A stretch of DNA of 64,000 nucleotides from Hormiphora californensis (GCA_020137815.1 CM035353.1:4650001-4714000), one strand, 5' to 3'. Shown: positions 27,348-42,220, counted from the stretch's first letter. The notes: generated by a model from the letters alone, not told the origin. Numbers and translations: made by a program.

Positions 27348-28439
27348 ATTATAGTGATATTTAGTACAATAAGTCTACCCTATATCATAAATTCTCCATC
27401 ATTAATTTAACAGTGGTTTTCTACGTATCTGTTGTGTAGTGAGACTGTTTAAGTCAAACTGTACACATTGCATTAAAGATAAGGCTAGCCATGGTCTTCG
27501 GCAGGCGCTAGATTTTGTATTTTATTTATATAAATGAGAGCTTCGTAAACAGCCTCTAGCCGAAAATAGGATGGGCAATTATCGTAACTTGGAACTTGTT
27601 GCCCGATATATTTAGGAACCTGACCTTTACTTCATCACCCCTACCCCCCCCCCCCCCCCCCATTGTGAAGTCCAGGGGAATGACTACATTACCCTGGCAG
27701 AACTTGTTCAGAAACTGAAGGAAAAGCTGGAGATGATATAATATTATGATTTATGCAGGTTATCTGACACAGAATAACAAAACAACAACTGTTTATTTTC
27801 AGGAGATACAAGCTGATATATAAATATATCTCATCGGGGATGGGGACATGAAGAATTTATGGGACCATTATGTTGTGTGAGCTATTATATTATATACATG
27901 ACAACTAACATGATGGAACCGAAAACAAATTTAACATTGTATTGGTGCTAGTTTAGAGTTTAGACTAGTCTGCTGACACCAAAATGTTGAGGGGGAGTAT
28001 AATATATGATGAATATTAATGAATATTAATATATTAATAGCTTTGAGAGCTGCTGTCTTTGAGTAGCATGAGAGCTGCTGACTTTGTAATTTAGCTTATT
28101 CAGTGTGAGAGCATTTTTATGCCTATCTAAGTCGGTTCGTATTTTATGAGGCCCGTATTTTCATCAATAAAAGTCTATCTATGGTGTGTTTAAATCCAGA
28201 TTTTAATAGTGTGTGTCATAAGTAAGGAAGGTGTTATAATTTAGGTATACCGCTCTGACGCTGAGCAGTGTCAGTCAAAATTCAGTTTGCTGGCCCTGTT
28301 TTGCCTGGGCGGTATACAAAAACTTATATTATTATTATTATTATTAATATTCATCATTGTATATATACAATTAAACAGCCTGTAGCACAATAAATAGTGG
28401 AAAATATTCTGGACCTTATCATTGATACCCTTCCAAGTA

Positions 28440-28660
28440 AAGTCGGATTTTTTGAAACTGTCACCCCCCTGAAATAACAAAATTTACCATATCTCCGGTT
28501 CCTGATGAGATAGAGACTTGAAATTTGGAGGTTCGGAAGAACTTAGCAAGATCTTCGTAACCTCCAAATTTCAAGTCTCTATCTCGTCAGGAACCGGATT
28601 TATGGTCATTTACGAAATTTGAAAATACCCAGGGGGTGACAGTTTCAAAAAATCCGACTT
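28440..28660. mobile_element. TA-TSD MITE, second copy (opposite orientation to 21847)
   Basis: Same TIRs; TA flanks. Confidence 0.85.
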
Positions 28661-29187
28661 TATCAATGACTACCTCTTGAACACATTTTACTTTGGTTTT
28701 TCTGGCATAAAACTTAAAAGAGGAATAGCTAATTAAATGTCGATTCTGCAAGCTGGAGGTGGAAGACAACGTTCACATGGTAAAGATAAGAGCACTCTAC
28801 CAGGATACAAACTTTTAATTCTAACTAGTAAAGATAAGAGCAAAACACATCCAAGCTACACCCGGGTTACTTATAAAAAGATATATTCTGGAAAATTATC
28901 ATTGCTACCTCTCGCTAGTGTTATCCTAGGAGCCATTCCCAAGAGCTGCAGTGCACGAGGAAGGGGGTGTTGGTACAGTCGGACCCCGATTTAACGGCAC
29001 CCTCGGGGGAAAGGGTTTTGTCCGTAAAATCGGGGTGTCCGCTAAATCGGGGTAGAGCATATTTGGCCCAAAAAACCCTATTTTTGTCCAAAAATCATAT
29101 ACTAAAACACCTCTAAGTGTTAAATTCAATGCCCATGTATTGATTACATGATCATTTCTGATTAGAAAAAGAAAGTAATTTCAAAAT

Positions 29188-31299
29188 AATCACTGCGCTG
29201 GCAAGCGCAAAGGTGACCCCATCCATCCCCCGAAAAAAATTTCCCCCAAAAACGGCCCGCTTGCTCACAGCGTATATATAGTTATTTCATACTTTTAGCC
29301 CATTTTGGCACTTTTTGACATGCCATAACTCCCGAACCGGAAGAGCTAGGAAGCTGAAATTTTGTACTTAGAAGCTTCTTGTAGACCTCTATCGATGGTA
29401 AAAATTTCAAGTGGCTAGCTCTTTTTGTTCAAAAGTTATAACACCACCCCCAAAACAGAAAATTCAGTGTGGGGATAACTAGGTTGATCACTGCGCTGGC
29501 AAGCGCAAAGGTTGCCATTCCCCCCCCCCCAAAAAGCGCTGCCAGAAACGCAGTTATACGTTTTATGGTTGTTTGGCTGAAAAAGCCGGATTTCAAAAGG
29601 CTATAGCGTGGCTCTCTTTCATCGGTTTGACTTGAAATTCGGAATGAATACCCGGCTTGGGGTCTTTGACTCATGTTAAAAATTTGAAGTCTCTATCTCA
29701 TCTGGGTCCGAAGTTACAGACAGCGTAGGAGAGACGCTTTTTTTGAACACGGTTCTGAACGAACGGAAAGAGATAGAGACTTCTCGTTTTCACTAGCTAG
29801 TAGATCTACTCAATTATTGTGTTATTAGCGGGGTGAGGTTTTCCATCATCCCCAGGAACGTCCTACAGAACGTCTTAAAGTCGTAATTTTTCAGACTCTG
29901 ACCAAAATTCTTTGAGCTCAATTTACACCCTGAAGACGGATTCTAATCCAAAAACGAAGACTATATCATGGAAAGAGAATTGTCTAAACTTTCAGAAACT
30001 ATATCGCGAATTTTCAAAACTAGGGTCTTAAAACGCGTCTAAAGTGTTATGACTGTTTAAAAATAGATATGACGATATGGGTTTTTTCGCCATAGCGGAC
30101 TCAAATCTCATCCAATTGAATCTCAAACTTAGTCAGTATCTTCATCTAGGTAATCCCGATGATATGACGTCATCATTATGACGTCATAACGACGTGACGT
30201 CATTTTATGACGTCAAAATGACGTCAAAAATGAAATTTTGCAAATTCGCGATTCCATCATCTCCTTACTTGTTCTACTACATCTAAATGGATAAAAATCC
30301 CAAAAATGATGCAAATTATACCAAAACTAATTGAAATTAGTAGGCCGGAAAGGTTGCCCTATGATTTGAGCTACCTTTGGCACCAGTACATTCCCTTTTG
30401 AAGACAGAAGAAGCATCGGTTATACCCTGTCTGTACCCCGTGAATGTTACGGTGGCAGAGGTAGCTCAAATCATAGGGCAACCTTTCCGGCCTACTAATT
30501 TCAATTAGTTTTGGTATAATATATACATACATATATACATAGATGTATAGACGCTTTGTTACCTTCCGTTTGGTCCCAGTTTGAGACGAACCAGACATCG
30601 TACGACCTTAAACCAAGCGGCATTCGACAGACAATTGTCTCGTGCATGTACCCATCTGGGTGGCGACTCTCCATCTTACCTATGACGCGCGCAATGACGT
30701 CACGAGTGACGTCATTGCGCGAGACCGACTAACTTTTTTCAAACGCCTCTAGCACCCTGAAGACGTGTTCCGATTTCTGATTTGACGAAAAATCGTTACC
30801 GGCAAATCGTCTGAACTTTCAGATACATTATAGCGAATTTTCGTAGCTTATCATTTTGAGCCCTTAAATTGCGTCGGAAGTCAAAAATTTGACGAAAAAT
30901 TTAGTAAATTGAATGTTTTTCGAGCAAAAACTCCTTTTCCTGACCACTGTGGCCAATGAAACTTTACAAGCTCCTTTGGGGTATTGATTAAAAATATATC
31001 GTGATGCAATTACGTCGTTACGACGTCACTAATTACGTCAAATGACGTCATTATGACGTATAAAATACGATTTTCACAGAAATTCGTCTCGTTTCTCATA
31101 TAACGCATCATTTCGACAATATTACATCATGAAATAATGTCATGCTGCGATTAGAAACCAAAAAGGGACCTAAATTAAGCCAAAAACTAATTGAAATTAG
31201 TTGGCGGGAAAGGTGACCCACTTACACCTTTGCCTGCTGCCGGGATCAGGGATATAAATGGTGAATATAATGGAATAAGACAGTGAAAGAGAGTGTGAT

Positions 31300-31363
<64 letters not shown>

Positions 31364-31570
31364 CGAGAGAGAGAGAGACAGGGAGAGACAGGGACAGGGA
31401 GAGAGAGAGAGGGATAGAACGAACAGGAATTTAAGTTACCCTCGAAAAATGAGAGATTGAGAATGAGATACCGAGGCATAGAATGAGAGTTCGTGGTGAT
31501 ACCCGGCAGTAGCAAAAGGTGTAAGTGGGTCACCTTTCCCGCCAACTAATTTCAATTAGTTTTTGGCTTA
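29188..31570 (-). mobile_element. Helentron/HINE-like element, family B (outer)
   Basis: Same terminal hairpin followed by AAAGGTGACCC; far-end IR 31172-31248 / 31497-31574 carries AAAGGTGACCC and encloses (GA)n. Confidence 0.7.
29487..30519 (-). mobile_element. Helentron/HINE-like element, family A (inner)
   Basis: Colinear with 7146-8195 end to end. Confidence 0.75.
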
Positions 31571-32959
31571 ATTTCAAAATAAGTTATAAAAATTTTCTAA
31601 GGTACTACATCAACCACGTCCGAATCGTTTATCGAATCAGTGCATCTTATCGCATGTCTTGCTGCTAATTAGACGAACCGATACGTGATACCATGTCGAA
31701 TCGGGGCACTTTAAGTGGGGTGAGGAAGAATTTGAATTTCAAAATATATTTTTCTCTGAAAATTCATGGGGAGCACCGATCAAAGCATTGACAATCATTC
31801 TGTAAAATTTTGCAATAAAAGTTATGAAAATTTTTCAAAGGTATATCAACCACGTCCGAATCGTGTTTCGAATCAGTGCATCTTATCGCACTTCCTGTCG
31901 CTAATTAGACGGTTCGAAACGAACCGATACGTGATCCCCAGAGGCCAGTTTAACAAGCGTCAAAATTGCTATTCGATGAGCCTCATGGGGATCAGATATC
32001 TGTTCGTTTCGAACCGTCTAATTACCGGCAAGACATGCAATAAGATGCACCGATTCGAAACACGATTCGGACGTGGTTTTTCAAAAAAAATTTCAAAAAA
32101 AAATTTCAAAAAAAAAATTTCAACAAATTTTGGGGGACATTTATCCTGCCGTTAAATCGGGGTGCCGCTAAATCGGGGGCCGTTAAATCGGGGTCCGACT
32201 GTACCGAAAAATGGGAAAGACTCCACATCACTCTCAGTATACAGAGAAGTGTTTTCTCTGACGATCTACATATATATTTTGATATAGTCAAACAATTATT
32301 GTTAATATGGGGACCATATTTCAGCCGGTAACCGATGGAGACAACTGGAGAGCTGAGGACAATGAGGATTTCAGAGATAAGGAAAGGACTCTCTGACGGA
32401 GCTACTCACAACGAATTTTTGAGGTAAATCATCACTAACTGATCCCCTTAAACCACCCCACCCGAAAATAAACTTAATTCCCTCCCCATATTTCAGGGAG
32501 GTTCTTCGACAACACTAGCTTACCAAAAAAGAATTAGGACAATAAAAATTAAAAAGAAAAAGGTTTCGAAGATTGAGGCGACCAGTGAGATTAGGGACGG
32601 CCCAAAACGGTAAGTAATACCAGGGGTTACAAAGGGAATATGGGGAGGAGGTAAAAACGAGGAAACTGTACCAAGAGGCGCCATGCATCTCCGCTAGGAG
32701 GAAGAGGGAGCAGAAAGAGGAAGACCTGGCTGCTCCTGGTACCTTCTATGAGAAGTTTTCTCTGTGCTACAGCTCACAATACAATGAGTTTATAAGCGAA
32801 GGTATGAGGCAGCAGTTTAGGAAGTTTACATGTAATGATTATTTATATCTATCTGTAACATTTGCAAAACCATCTTTCCTTTACATGTTCTGAATTACAT
32901 TTCTATACCATATAATTCATTCTTTTTCTATTCGTTTACGATGAGAGACTGTACGTCTG

Positions 32960-33193
32960 ACCTCCACCAAAATTATACGTGGTTTACCAAGCAACCTGCA
33001 CCCATTGCAACGACAGGTACATTGGAGAGACCACCAGATCAGTCATCTCAAGGATGAGGGAACACGAGAGCAGCACTCGATTGGGAAACAGAAGAACCCC
33101 CCTCGGCGAGCACCTACTTGATGAACACCCTCACCTGGTTTCTGGAGGTTCTGGTACCAGGGAATGGGATACCTTTTTCAGTAATTTCAAGGT
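32960..33193 (+). pseudogene. Penelope-like GIY-YIG endonuclease fragment truncated by a MITE
   Basis: VVYQATCTHCNDRYIGETTRSVISRMREH..RLG..PLGEH..HPHL; clearly related to the 15574 ORF. Confidence 0.85.
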
Positions 33194-34197
33194 TAGTAGG
33201 GACGAATCTTAATTTTTTGACTCACTATTTGGTTCAAAGCAAATTCCGGGTGTAACCCACCTATTTTGACCCGCTGAACACGATCCCGTCCATAGGCAAG
33301 CTCGCAAAAGTGAAGAAAATGCCCAAATCGGCCACGCCCTTTTACCTGTATTTTCAGCCTGTAGCCAAAAACATAAATCCTCTTAGAATAGGAGTAGAGA
33401 CAAATCTGAGGGCACTAAAGTGATCAGCGCCCTCGCATTAGTCGGGGTAAGTGCTGGAATTAAGTCTCTATCTCATCTGGTTAATTAGATAATTGGATAA
33501 TTAAGTTTGCACATAACCGTTTTTTGGCTATATGGCTATAGCCACTTAGGAATGGTTTAGAGACTTTTCACTGGCGCCATTTTGTAGGCAATAGCCAAGT
33601 TATGGGGGGTCGACGTCGGACTCTTAAGCTCTATCTCCAACCGTTTAGCCGTTATTGGGCTTAATCGATGCTCAAAATGAGCGAAAAACGGTAAAAAGTC
33701 AGATTTTGAGCATCGATTAAGCCCAATAACGGCTAAACGGTTGGAGATAAAGCTTAAAAGTCCGACGTCGACCCCCCATAACTTGGCTATTGCCTACAAA
33801 ATGGCGCCAGTGAAAAGTCTCTAAACCATTCCTAAGTGGCTATAGCCATATAGCCAAAAAACGGTTATGCGCAAACCTAATTATCCAATTATCTAATTAA
33901 CCAGATGAGATAGAGACTTAATTCCAGCACCTACCCCCACTAATGCGAGGGCGCTGATCACTTTAGTGCCCTCAGATTTGTCTCTACTCCTATTCTAAGA
34001 GGATTTATGTTTTTGGCTACAGGCTGAAAATACAGGTAAAAGGGCGTGGCCGATTTGGGCATTTTCTTCACTTTTGCGAGCTTGCCTATGGACGGGATCG
34101 TGTTCAGCGGGTCAAAATAGGTGGGTTACACCCGGAATTTGCTTTGAACCAAATAGTGAGTCAACCACTTCTTTTTGTGAGAGATTCGTCCCTACTA
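33194..34197. mobile_element. Foldback MITE, Academ-like
   Basis: TAGTAGGGACGAATCT...AGATTCGTCCCTACTA termini; 3-bp TSD GGT (33191-33193, 34198-34200); ~490-bp arms. Confidence 0.8.
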
Positions 34198-34422
34198 GGT
34201 GGTCATCCTGGGAGCGAGAAATCCCACACCCACATCTATTCTTTTACAAACATCTATTCAGATTCACTTTTAATAGCTAGCTTCTTTTGTTATTTTTTCA
34301 TGATATTGATTCAGTTAGCCCATCTTCTCTTGGATTTTTTGCTTAATTTTACATCTTTTTTCGTTTTGTCATTTTTTCAACAATCTTTTATTTCATGTTT
34401 TTGTACATTGATAAAAAATAGC

Positions 34423-35141
34423 TAGGAACCGGCGATACCGGATATTTTTTTCTCGATTCGATCTCGATCTTTTTTGGACGACCAAAATTTTTCGATTCGA
34501 TCTCGATTCGATCTTTTGGGGTTCAAAAACTTTCGATTCGATCTCGATTCGATCTTTGAGCGTTCAAAAAATCTCGATTCGATCTTTCGGTCTTCAAAAT
34601 TTTTCGATTCGATCTTTGGGGGATCAAAAAATATCGATTCGATCTCGATTCGATCTTTGTGCGATCAAAAACTTTCGATTAGATTCGATCTTTTGATCCT
34701 TCGATTCGACCCTACAATATCGAAGATTCTTGATATTTTCTTCTCGATCCCGATTCGATCTTTGGGTGATCAAAAAATTTTTCGATTCGATATCGATTCG
34801 ATTTTTCGGGGTTCAAAAAATATCGATTCGATATTTGGGTGATAAAAAACTTTCGATTCGATCTCGATTCGATCTTTTGGGGTTCAAAAACTTTCGATTC
34901 GATCTCGATTCGATCTTTGAGCGTTCAAAAAATTTCGATTCGATCTCGATTCGATCTTTGAGTGTTCAAAAATCTCGATTCGATCTCGATTCGATCTTTG
35001 GGCGGTCGAAAAATCTCAATTCGATATCGATTCGATCTTTGGGTTCAAAAAAACTACTCGATTCGATTCGATTCGATCCGATCTCTCGATCTTTCGATTC
35101 GATCCGATCTCTCGATCTTTCGATATTATCGCCGGTTCCTA
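34423..35141. mobile_element. hAT-type MITE filled with TCGAT repeats
   Basis: TIR TAGGAACCGGCGATA; 8-bp TSD AAAATAGC / AAAACAGC. Confidence 0.85.
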
Positions 35142-35225
35142 AAAACAGCCAATTCAGATTTGCCCAGAATTAGTTGGTGGCAATTATAATGATCAGGTTA
35201 GTATAGACATCACAGTAAGGTACTG

Positions 35226-35340
35226 AGTACCCCGATTTAGTGACATTCTCGGGGGAAAGGGTTTTGGCCAAATAATGTTGATTTCCAGTATCGGAGGAAA
35301 AAAATTCTGCCACTATGAATCGGGGTGCCACTAAATGTGG
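35226..35340 (+). mobile_element. Fragment related to the CAGTCGGACCCC MITE family
   Basis: ACCCCGATTTAGTG..CTCGGGGGAAAGGGTTTTG..AATCGGGGTGCC. Confidence 0.55.
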
Positions 35341-35859
35341 TTTTCATCTTTTTATTGAGTTTCATTTATTGAAAACATCAACTGTAGTTTGATCATCTTT
35401 TTTGAACAACACATCTCCGCATTCTTTATTAAACATTTTATAGTCAGTTGGTTGTTTTAAAGACTGGTATGAAATATAATGGCCCCGCGAGGAGCTTAGC
35501 TGCCTGCCTAATTGGGTTGGCTGCATCTGACCAAGTTTGCGAGATGATAATTGGGATATATGGTTACCATGGTGATATGTGGTTACCATGGTGATATGTG
35601 GTTACCATGGCCACGATAATTGGGATATGGAAGAGAGGGAGCGGAGAGGCAGCAATGACAGTAGGAATATTGTTCCTCAAATTCAATGCACCCGACCTCC
35701 ATGATTTCGAAGGGCTACCAGAGGTGCAACGAAGACATAGTAGTGCAGACTAGCGCGCAAATTTACATGGCACGAACGAATGGGCTCCGCCACCTACCAA
35801 CGCCGATGGTGGAGCTACTGTACACCCTGCTCACATTTGGAACCATCTCCGAGAGTTAA

Positions 35860-36851
35860 GGCCAGAGGGGGGGGTCGACGGGTTTTTTGGGGTGTTTTTT
35901 GAGGTATACGTTATATGAAAGCGCTGGGCAAGGCGGATCGATTAGAACAGACGTCATCGATGTTGCGCGCACCGTTTGGCCAAAATTTGGGGGTTAACAT
36001 TTGGCCTATAATGGATGTTAACCCCTATAAATCAGGATTGGTGGGGTCTAGAACATCCATCATTGTACCAAAGGCTTCGTCTTGTCTTGATACAACTTCC
36101 TGAAAAGTTTTATGTCGTTACTCCAACTACTTCTTGATTTTTTGGGGGTTTACAAAATATGCGGAAAAAGCCCTTTTTGCCTCTAATTTTGCTCTTTTTT
36201 GGGACATCCTGCCTCACTTCCTGAAATAACGGCTAGGACTCAGACCTTGCCGTTTGGCATAGTTGTTCTAGAGACCGTGTTCTTCAAATTTGGTGTAGCG
36301 ATTTTTGATTAAGGCCCCCGTTCAAAAATTATAGGGGTTTACATTTGTTTTGTCCATGAAAATTTTATGTAAACCCCTATAATTTTTGAACGGGGGCCTT
36401 AATCAAAAATCGCTACACCAAATTTGAAGAACACGGTCTCTAGAACAACTATGCCAAACGGCAAGGTCTGAGTCCTAGCCGTTATTTCAGGAAGTGAGGC
36501 AGGATGTCCCAAAAAAGAGCAAAATTAGAGGCAAAAAGGGCTTTTTCCGCATACTTTGTAAACCCCCAAAAAATCAAGAAGTAGTTGGAGTAACGACATA
36601 AAACTTTTCAGGAAGTTGTATCAAGACAAGACGAAGCCTTTGGTACAATGATGGATGTTCTAGACCCCACCAATCCTGATTTATAGGGGTTAACATCCAT
36701 TATAGGCCAAATGTTAACCCCCAAATTTTGGCCAAACGGTGCGCGCAACATCGATGACGTCTGTTCTAATCGATCCGCCTTGCCCAGCGCTTTCATATAA
36801 CGTATACCTCAAAAAACACCCCAAAAAACCCGTCGACCCCCCCCTCTGGCC
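35860..36851. mobile_element. Foldback MITE, Kolobok-like
   Basis: TTAA flanks (35856-35859, 36852-36855); GG...CC termini; ~484-bp near-identical arms with ~24-bp spacer. Confidence 0.85.
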
Positions 36852-37159
36852 TTAACTCGAGTTACGGACATATATAATGGAGCTCTACCATCAAAGATTC
36901 ACAAACACCAGCAATGAGGACACCCAGGTCCAATCGGAGATGTTTGTGAAGGTAAACGGGCCACCCCAAAGCAGTGCAGATGGCTTCTTCAGGGAAGTAT
37001 TGGAAAAGATCTCCCTCCAAACAACACAGAAATGGCGAAAGACTGATCCGAGCCTCCGACCGAGTTCTAGAGAGATTGGGGAAAAAGGAAGAGGGTTTAT
37101 TATGGGACTAGTGACTTGAGAGATCAGAGAGAAATTTTTATTTTATAATCGATTTATTA

Positions 37160-37200
37160 TCGAGGTCCCTGGTTCAATTCCCGGTCAAACCCAGTATTTT
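37160..37200 (+). other. tRNA 3'-half / B-box-like fragment (possible SINE remnant)
   Basis: GGTCCCTGGTTCAATTCCCGG resembles the T-arm GGTTCRANTCC; no 5' half seen. Confidence 0.3.
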
Positions 37201-37942
37201 TCGATTTTCTTCCCTATTTAATTCTTGCTCTGAACTCTTTATTCAGAATCGATTTATTATTTCAGTTTTTAATTTATTTCTGGACCGTGGTGATACAAGT
37301 GTTTTAATGCACCCGATCTCCATGATTTCGAAGGGGTGTGCCATCGGTTCTACCAGAGGTGCAACGATGACATAGTAGTGCAGACTAGGACAAAGATATT
37401 GACAAATTAGTGGCTAGTCACAGAGGTTAGGGTGTATGGCAATGAGAAAATCACCCGCCTCAAGATGTTCCTACCATCAATAAACTATTGTCTGAGTAAA
37501 TTTATCATGCCCCACCTGCAACTATTGTCTAAGTAATCAGTCCCTAATGTCTGAATAATGAGCCATACCTGCCAATAAGGAAGAAAAATGCCAGCCCTGT
37601 CCACATTTGACACACAATGATGCACGGGGCGACGGTACGCTGGAAGGATCTGATCCATCTGAAGATTTCCGAATTGGTAAAGCCATTTAAAGGTGAAGCC
37701 GTATGTAATTACTGGGGGCTAACAGACTCAGATCTAATATTCATCGTCGTGTAAGTTTCTCTACGATGATGATCTCTCTGTATTTCATTTATTTAACAAA
37801 TTCTACGATAAATTCTTAATTTATAATTAGTATGCCTGTCATTTACACTGCCTACTACGGTAAAATATATTTTTCATACTTTGACACACATACGAGTTGA
37901 TACGTGCCAGAAGATAATTTATACAAATTCTTTTTATAAATA

Positions 37943-38084
37943 CAGTCGGACCCCAATTTAGGGGCCCCCGATTTAGTGGCACCCCGATTTAGGGACATGA
38001 TTTTTGACCCCGATTTAGTGGACACCCCGATTTAGTGGACAAGAGCCTTGCCCCCGAGGGTGTCCCTAAATCGGGGTCCGACTG
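37943..38084. mobile_element. Short CAGTCGGACCCC MITE variant
   Basis: Same termini, TA flanks, tandem ACCCCGATTTAG motifs. Confidence 0.85.
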
Positions 38085-38887
38085 TACATTATTTCCTTCA
38101 ATTCTCGACCTATTTTTCAAGGAGCTCTCGCTTACTCGATACGATATGAAACAAACTCGCTAAATGGAAGGTAAGTAGTTGGGATAATGGATGTCGCGGC
38201 AACCACAAAAGGAGAGATTGGTTAGTGACACTTTTCAAAAACACATTAACCCACACTTTGTTATTAGGATGTTGAAGCAGATGTTGAAAATGGCGTTTCA
38301 AATCGATGGGGAGCGTGGTGGGGGACGGGGCGGCAGAGGCGGCAGAGGCGGACGAGGTGGCGGACCTGGAATCCCTCCGACACACGACCAGTTGTCTGCT
38401 GGGACAAACAGTGTGGGGGCAACCACGAAAGAAAGGATTGGTAAGTGAAACTGGGGTGACAGTATAGTATAGTAGAAAACATGCCACATGTTTCATGTCG
38501 CATTTATGAAGGTCGGAATTATATCTGAAGATATAAATTCCCCATCCTCTTCGAGTACACCGATTTGTTTTGTGTGCCTATAAAAATTCCCTTAATTTCA
38601 GCCTCAGATATCAACACAAAGCCAGGAGCAGGAGAAGGTTCCGATCAACATCTAGGGAGCGGCATGGAGGCGAGAGATCGAGGGAGACGAGGCAAAAGAG
38701 GTCGAGGAGGACAAGAGAGGTGAGCCCCCATTCTATTAACTAATGATATACAGGCGACATATCACGATATTACTTGTGGGTTGATTTAGCTAATAAGTAA
38801 ATGCAGGTATCATAAATTTATATACCTATCCATATCTTTACAATCTTTTTTTCAGAATTTCAGAATATAAAGGGACATAGCTAAAGA

Positions 38888-38927
38888 TCCACTGACGAGA
38901 TCCGTAGGATCGAAACATTTGTTTGGA
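38888..38927 (+). ncRNA. Type I hammerhead ribozyme
   Basis: TCCA-CTGACGA-GATCCgtaGGATC-GAA-ACAttTGT-T-TGGA: all three stems and the core are intact. Confidence 0.85.
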
Positions 38928-39339
38928 ACCGGCTTATTTTAATTTGTTTGCTGCTGGTTGATTGAGCTCTCTCTCGTGCTGAAACGACAATCAACATTAC
39001 AGCAAAAACTCTTCAAAAAAAGCAATTGCCACAGCAACCTTGTTCAAAATAAGCAAGAGATGAGGAACTGAACATAAGAAGGATCGAGAGAAATGGGGTG
39101 GGAAGCGGAAGGAAACGGGGCGGAGAGAATCTTACGGACAACTTTTGCCGCAAATGAGCGCGCGCACGTTACCCTTTCAACAGAGAGAGTACACCGCGCC
39201 CTCCGTACAAGTAGAGAGGCCGAGTTGTCGGGTCTACACTGGGCATGTCCATGTGTTGAACATGCCATATTGGACAATCCTTATTATAAAGTACAAATGA
39301 GTGGCGTGGTGGTGGTGGTGATGATGGAGTATCCTAGCT

Positions 39340-40735
<1,396 letters not shown>

Positions 40736-41299
40736 ATGCGTGCCGATAGGAGTCAGTAGGGGGCGGAGGATTCAACAGGGGGGGTAAGGATTCAATAGCG
40801 GGTGGGGTAATGATTCAATAGGGGTGAGGGGAGTCAAAAGAGCCGGGGGAGTGAGGAATGATGATTCAATAATGTGGGGGCGACAGGAGTCAATAGGGGG
40901 CGAGGAGAGTCATTAGGGGGTGATGAGAGTCAATAAGCCATAGAGCTTTACTTTTGCTAGGGTATCAATGGGATTAGGGTGCAGGGAGGGGTGGGAGGTG
41001 TTGAGAAGAGTCAATAGAGTGTGAGAGGAGTTTTTTGGTCTTTGCCTGGGCTCTCTAGTTTCACTAAAAGGAGAGTCTGAAGTAAATGACGGCAACCACT
41101 ATCAGACTAAATTATACTACCCTAAATGAAGATGGAGGAGAGGGCTATTGGACGCACCCCCATGTTAAACGAGACGATGTACTATTTTCCGGCTCAGCGG
41201 AAATAGCGAACGTGGCCCACCATAGCCGAAAAGTGCACGAAGACAGGTATGATATGTTAGGAAACGTGCCACAAAATGGATATTAGGTGAAACAGACAC

Positions 41300-42220
41300 T
41301 AGTTATAATTTAGAAACGTATGTAAAGAAACTCAGGGAGATTGACGTACTCCCAATGACTCAAAAATTTCAATATAATGATCTTAAGTTGTTCCATAAAA
41401 TATTCTATGAAACATCTCCTATAAAATTACCATCTTTCCTACAAAAATACGATCCGGAATCACATTTCAGACGCACCACCAGACAACAAACGAAACGAGA
41501 CAGAACGAACATTATATGCATTGAACAACCCAGAGTGGACCTGTTCAAAAACTGTTACTTCTACCGCTGCCACCTTGAGTGGAATTTACTGCCTCAAGAA
41601 CTGAGAAATACAACCGAACACAATTTATTTTCCTCCAAACTGAAAGACCATCTCTGGAACGCCTTACATGACACAACTTAATTCGCCTCTGTGGTGGGGG
41701 TCCCTTTCTCTTCCTTTATTTCTGCAGTATCTCTCCCACCTCCACACATAGCTCATTCTTTACATTGTACTCAAATATGAGGTTTGGAGTGGTGTTGAAC
41801 AGTTTGAAACAGGACGGGCGCCCCCACCACAGATATGAATTCTATCTGATATAAATCTCTACCAACAGCCGACGGTATACTAAATTTTGGATGGGGATCA
41901 TGGGGGAGGGGTGGGGGACTAGGAAAAATGGGCAAGGGTAAGTAATTATTTTTATCATTAATGAGTGAATTAAAATTAACCAACTAGTCTAATGTGAATA
42001 GCCTTATAGCTATTTCTATTTTTATTTAGCCATTAAAAGTATACTATATTAGTCTGTTTGTCCGTAGTGTGCGAGAACTGTCTGTGTGTGAATTTTTATA
42101 GTATTTTGAGGTGTAAGCGCTCCGTATATATTGACACTCCGTCAATAGGAGCCAACCGGGATATTGTCTTTATATATTGTATATCGATTTTTATCCTTTT
42201 TCAAATCAAATCAAATCAAA
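41300..42220 (+). mobile_element. 5'-truncated CR1/L2-group LINE (ORF2 C-terminus, 3' UTR, microsatellite tail)
   Basis: DLKLFHKIFY..FKNCYFYR...EWNLLPQELRN..FSSKLKDHL; (TCAAA)4 tail at 42201-42220. Confidence 0.8.

Larger units (their letters stand above)
28976..32201. mobile_element. CAGTCGGACCCC MITE interrupted by nested Helentron-like elements
   Basis: 28976-29187 and 31571-32201 align with 586-1445; TA flanks. Confidence 0.85.

Noticed and set aside
29176-31582. Apparent 14-bp TSD TAATTTCAAAATAA around the family-B element
   Set aside because: The uninterrupted MITE copy (~781-805) already has this tandem motif, and removing the insert restores the same length, so no TSD is needed
34440-35130. 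CRISPR-like repeat/spacer look of the TCGATTCGATC array (also 51110-51645)
   Set aside because: Spacers are short and mutually similar, the array lies inside hAT TIRs with a TSD, there are no cas genes, and the context is eukaryotic
35915-36796. Identical 62-aa ORFs on opposite strands (similar pairs at 24265/26975 and 62147/62674)
   Set aside because: They are mirror images within palindromic MITE arms and show no coding motifs
38191-38448. RGG-box ORF (GGRGGRGG)
   Set aside because: Short low-complexity 9-bp repeat with no supporting domain
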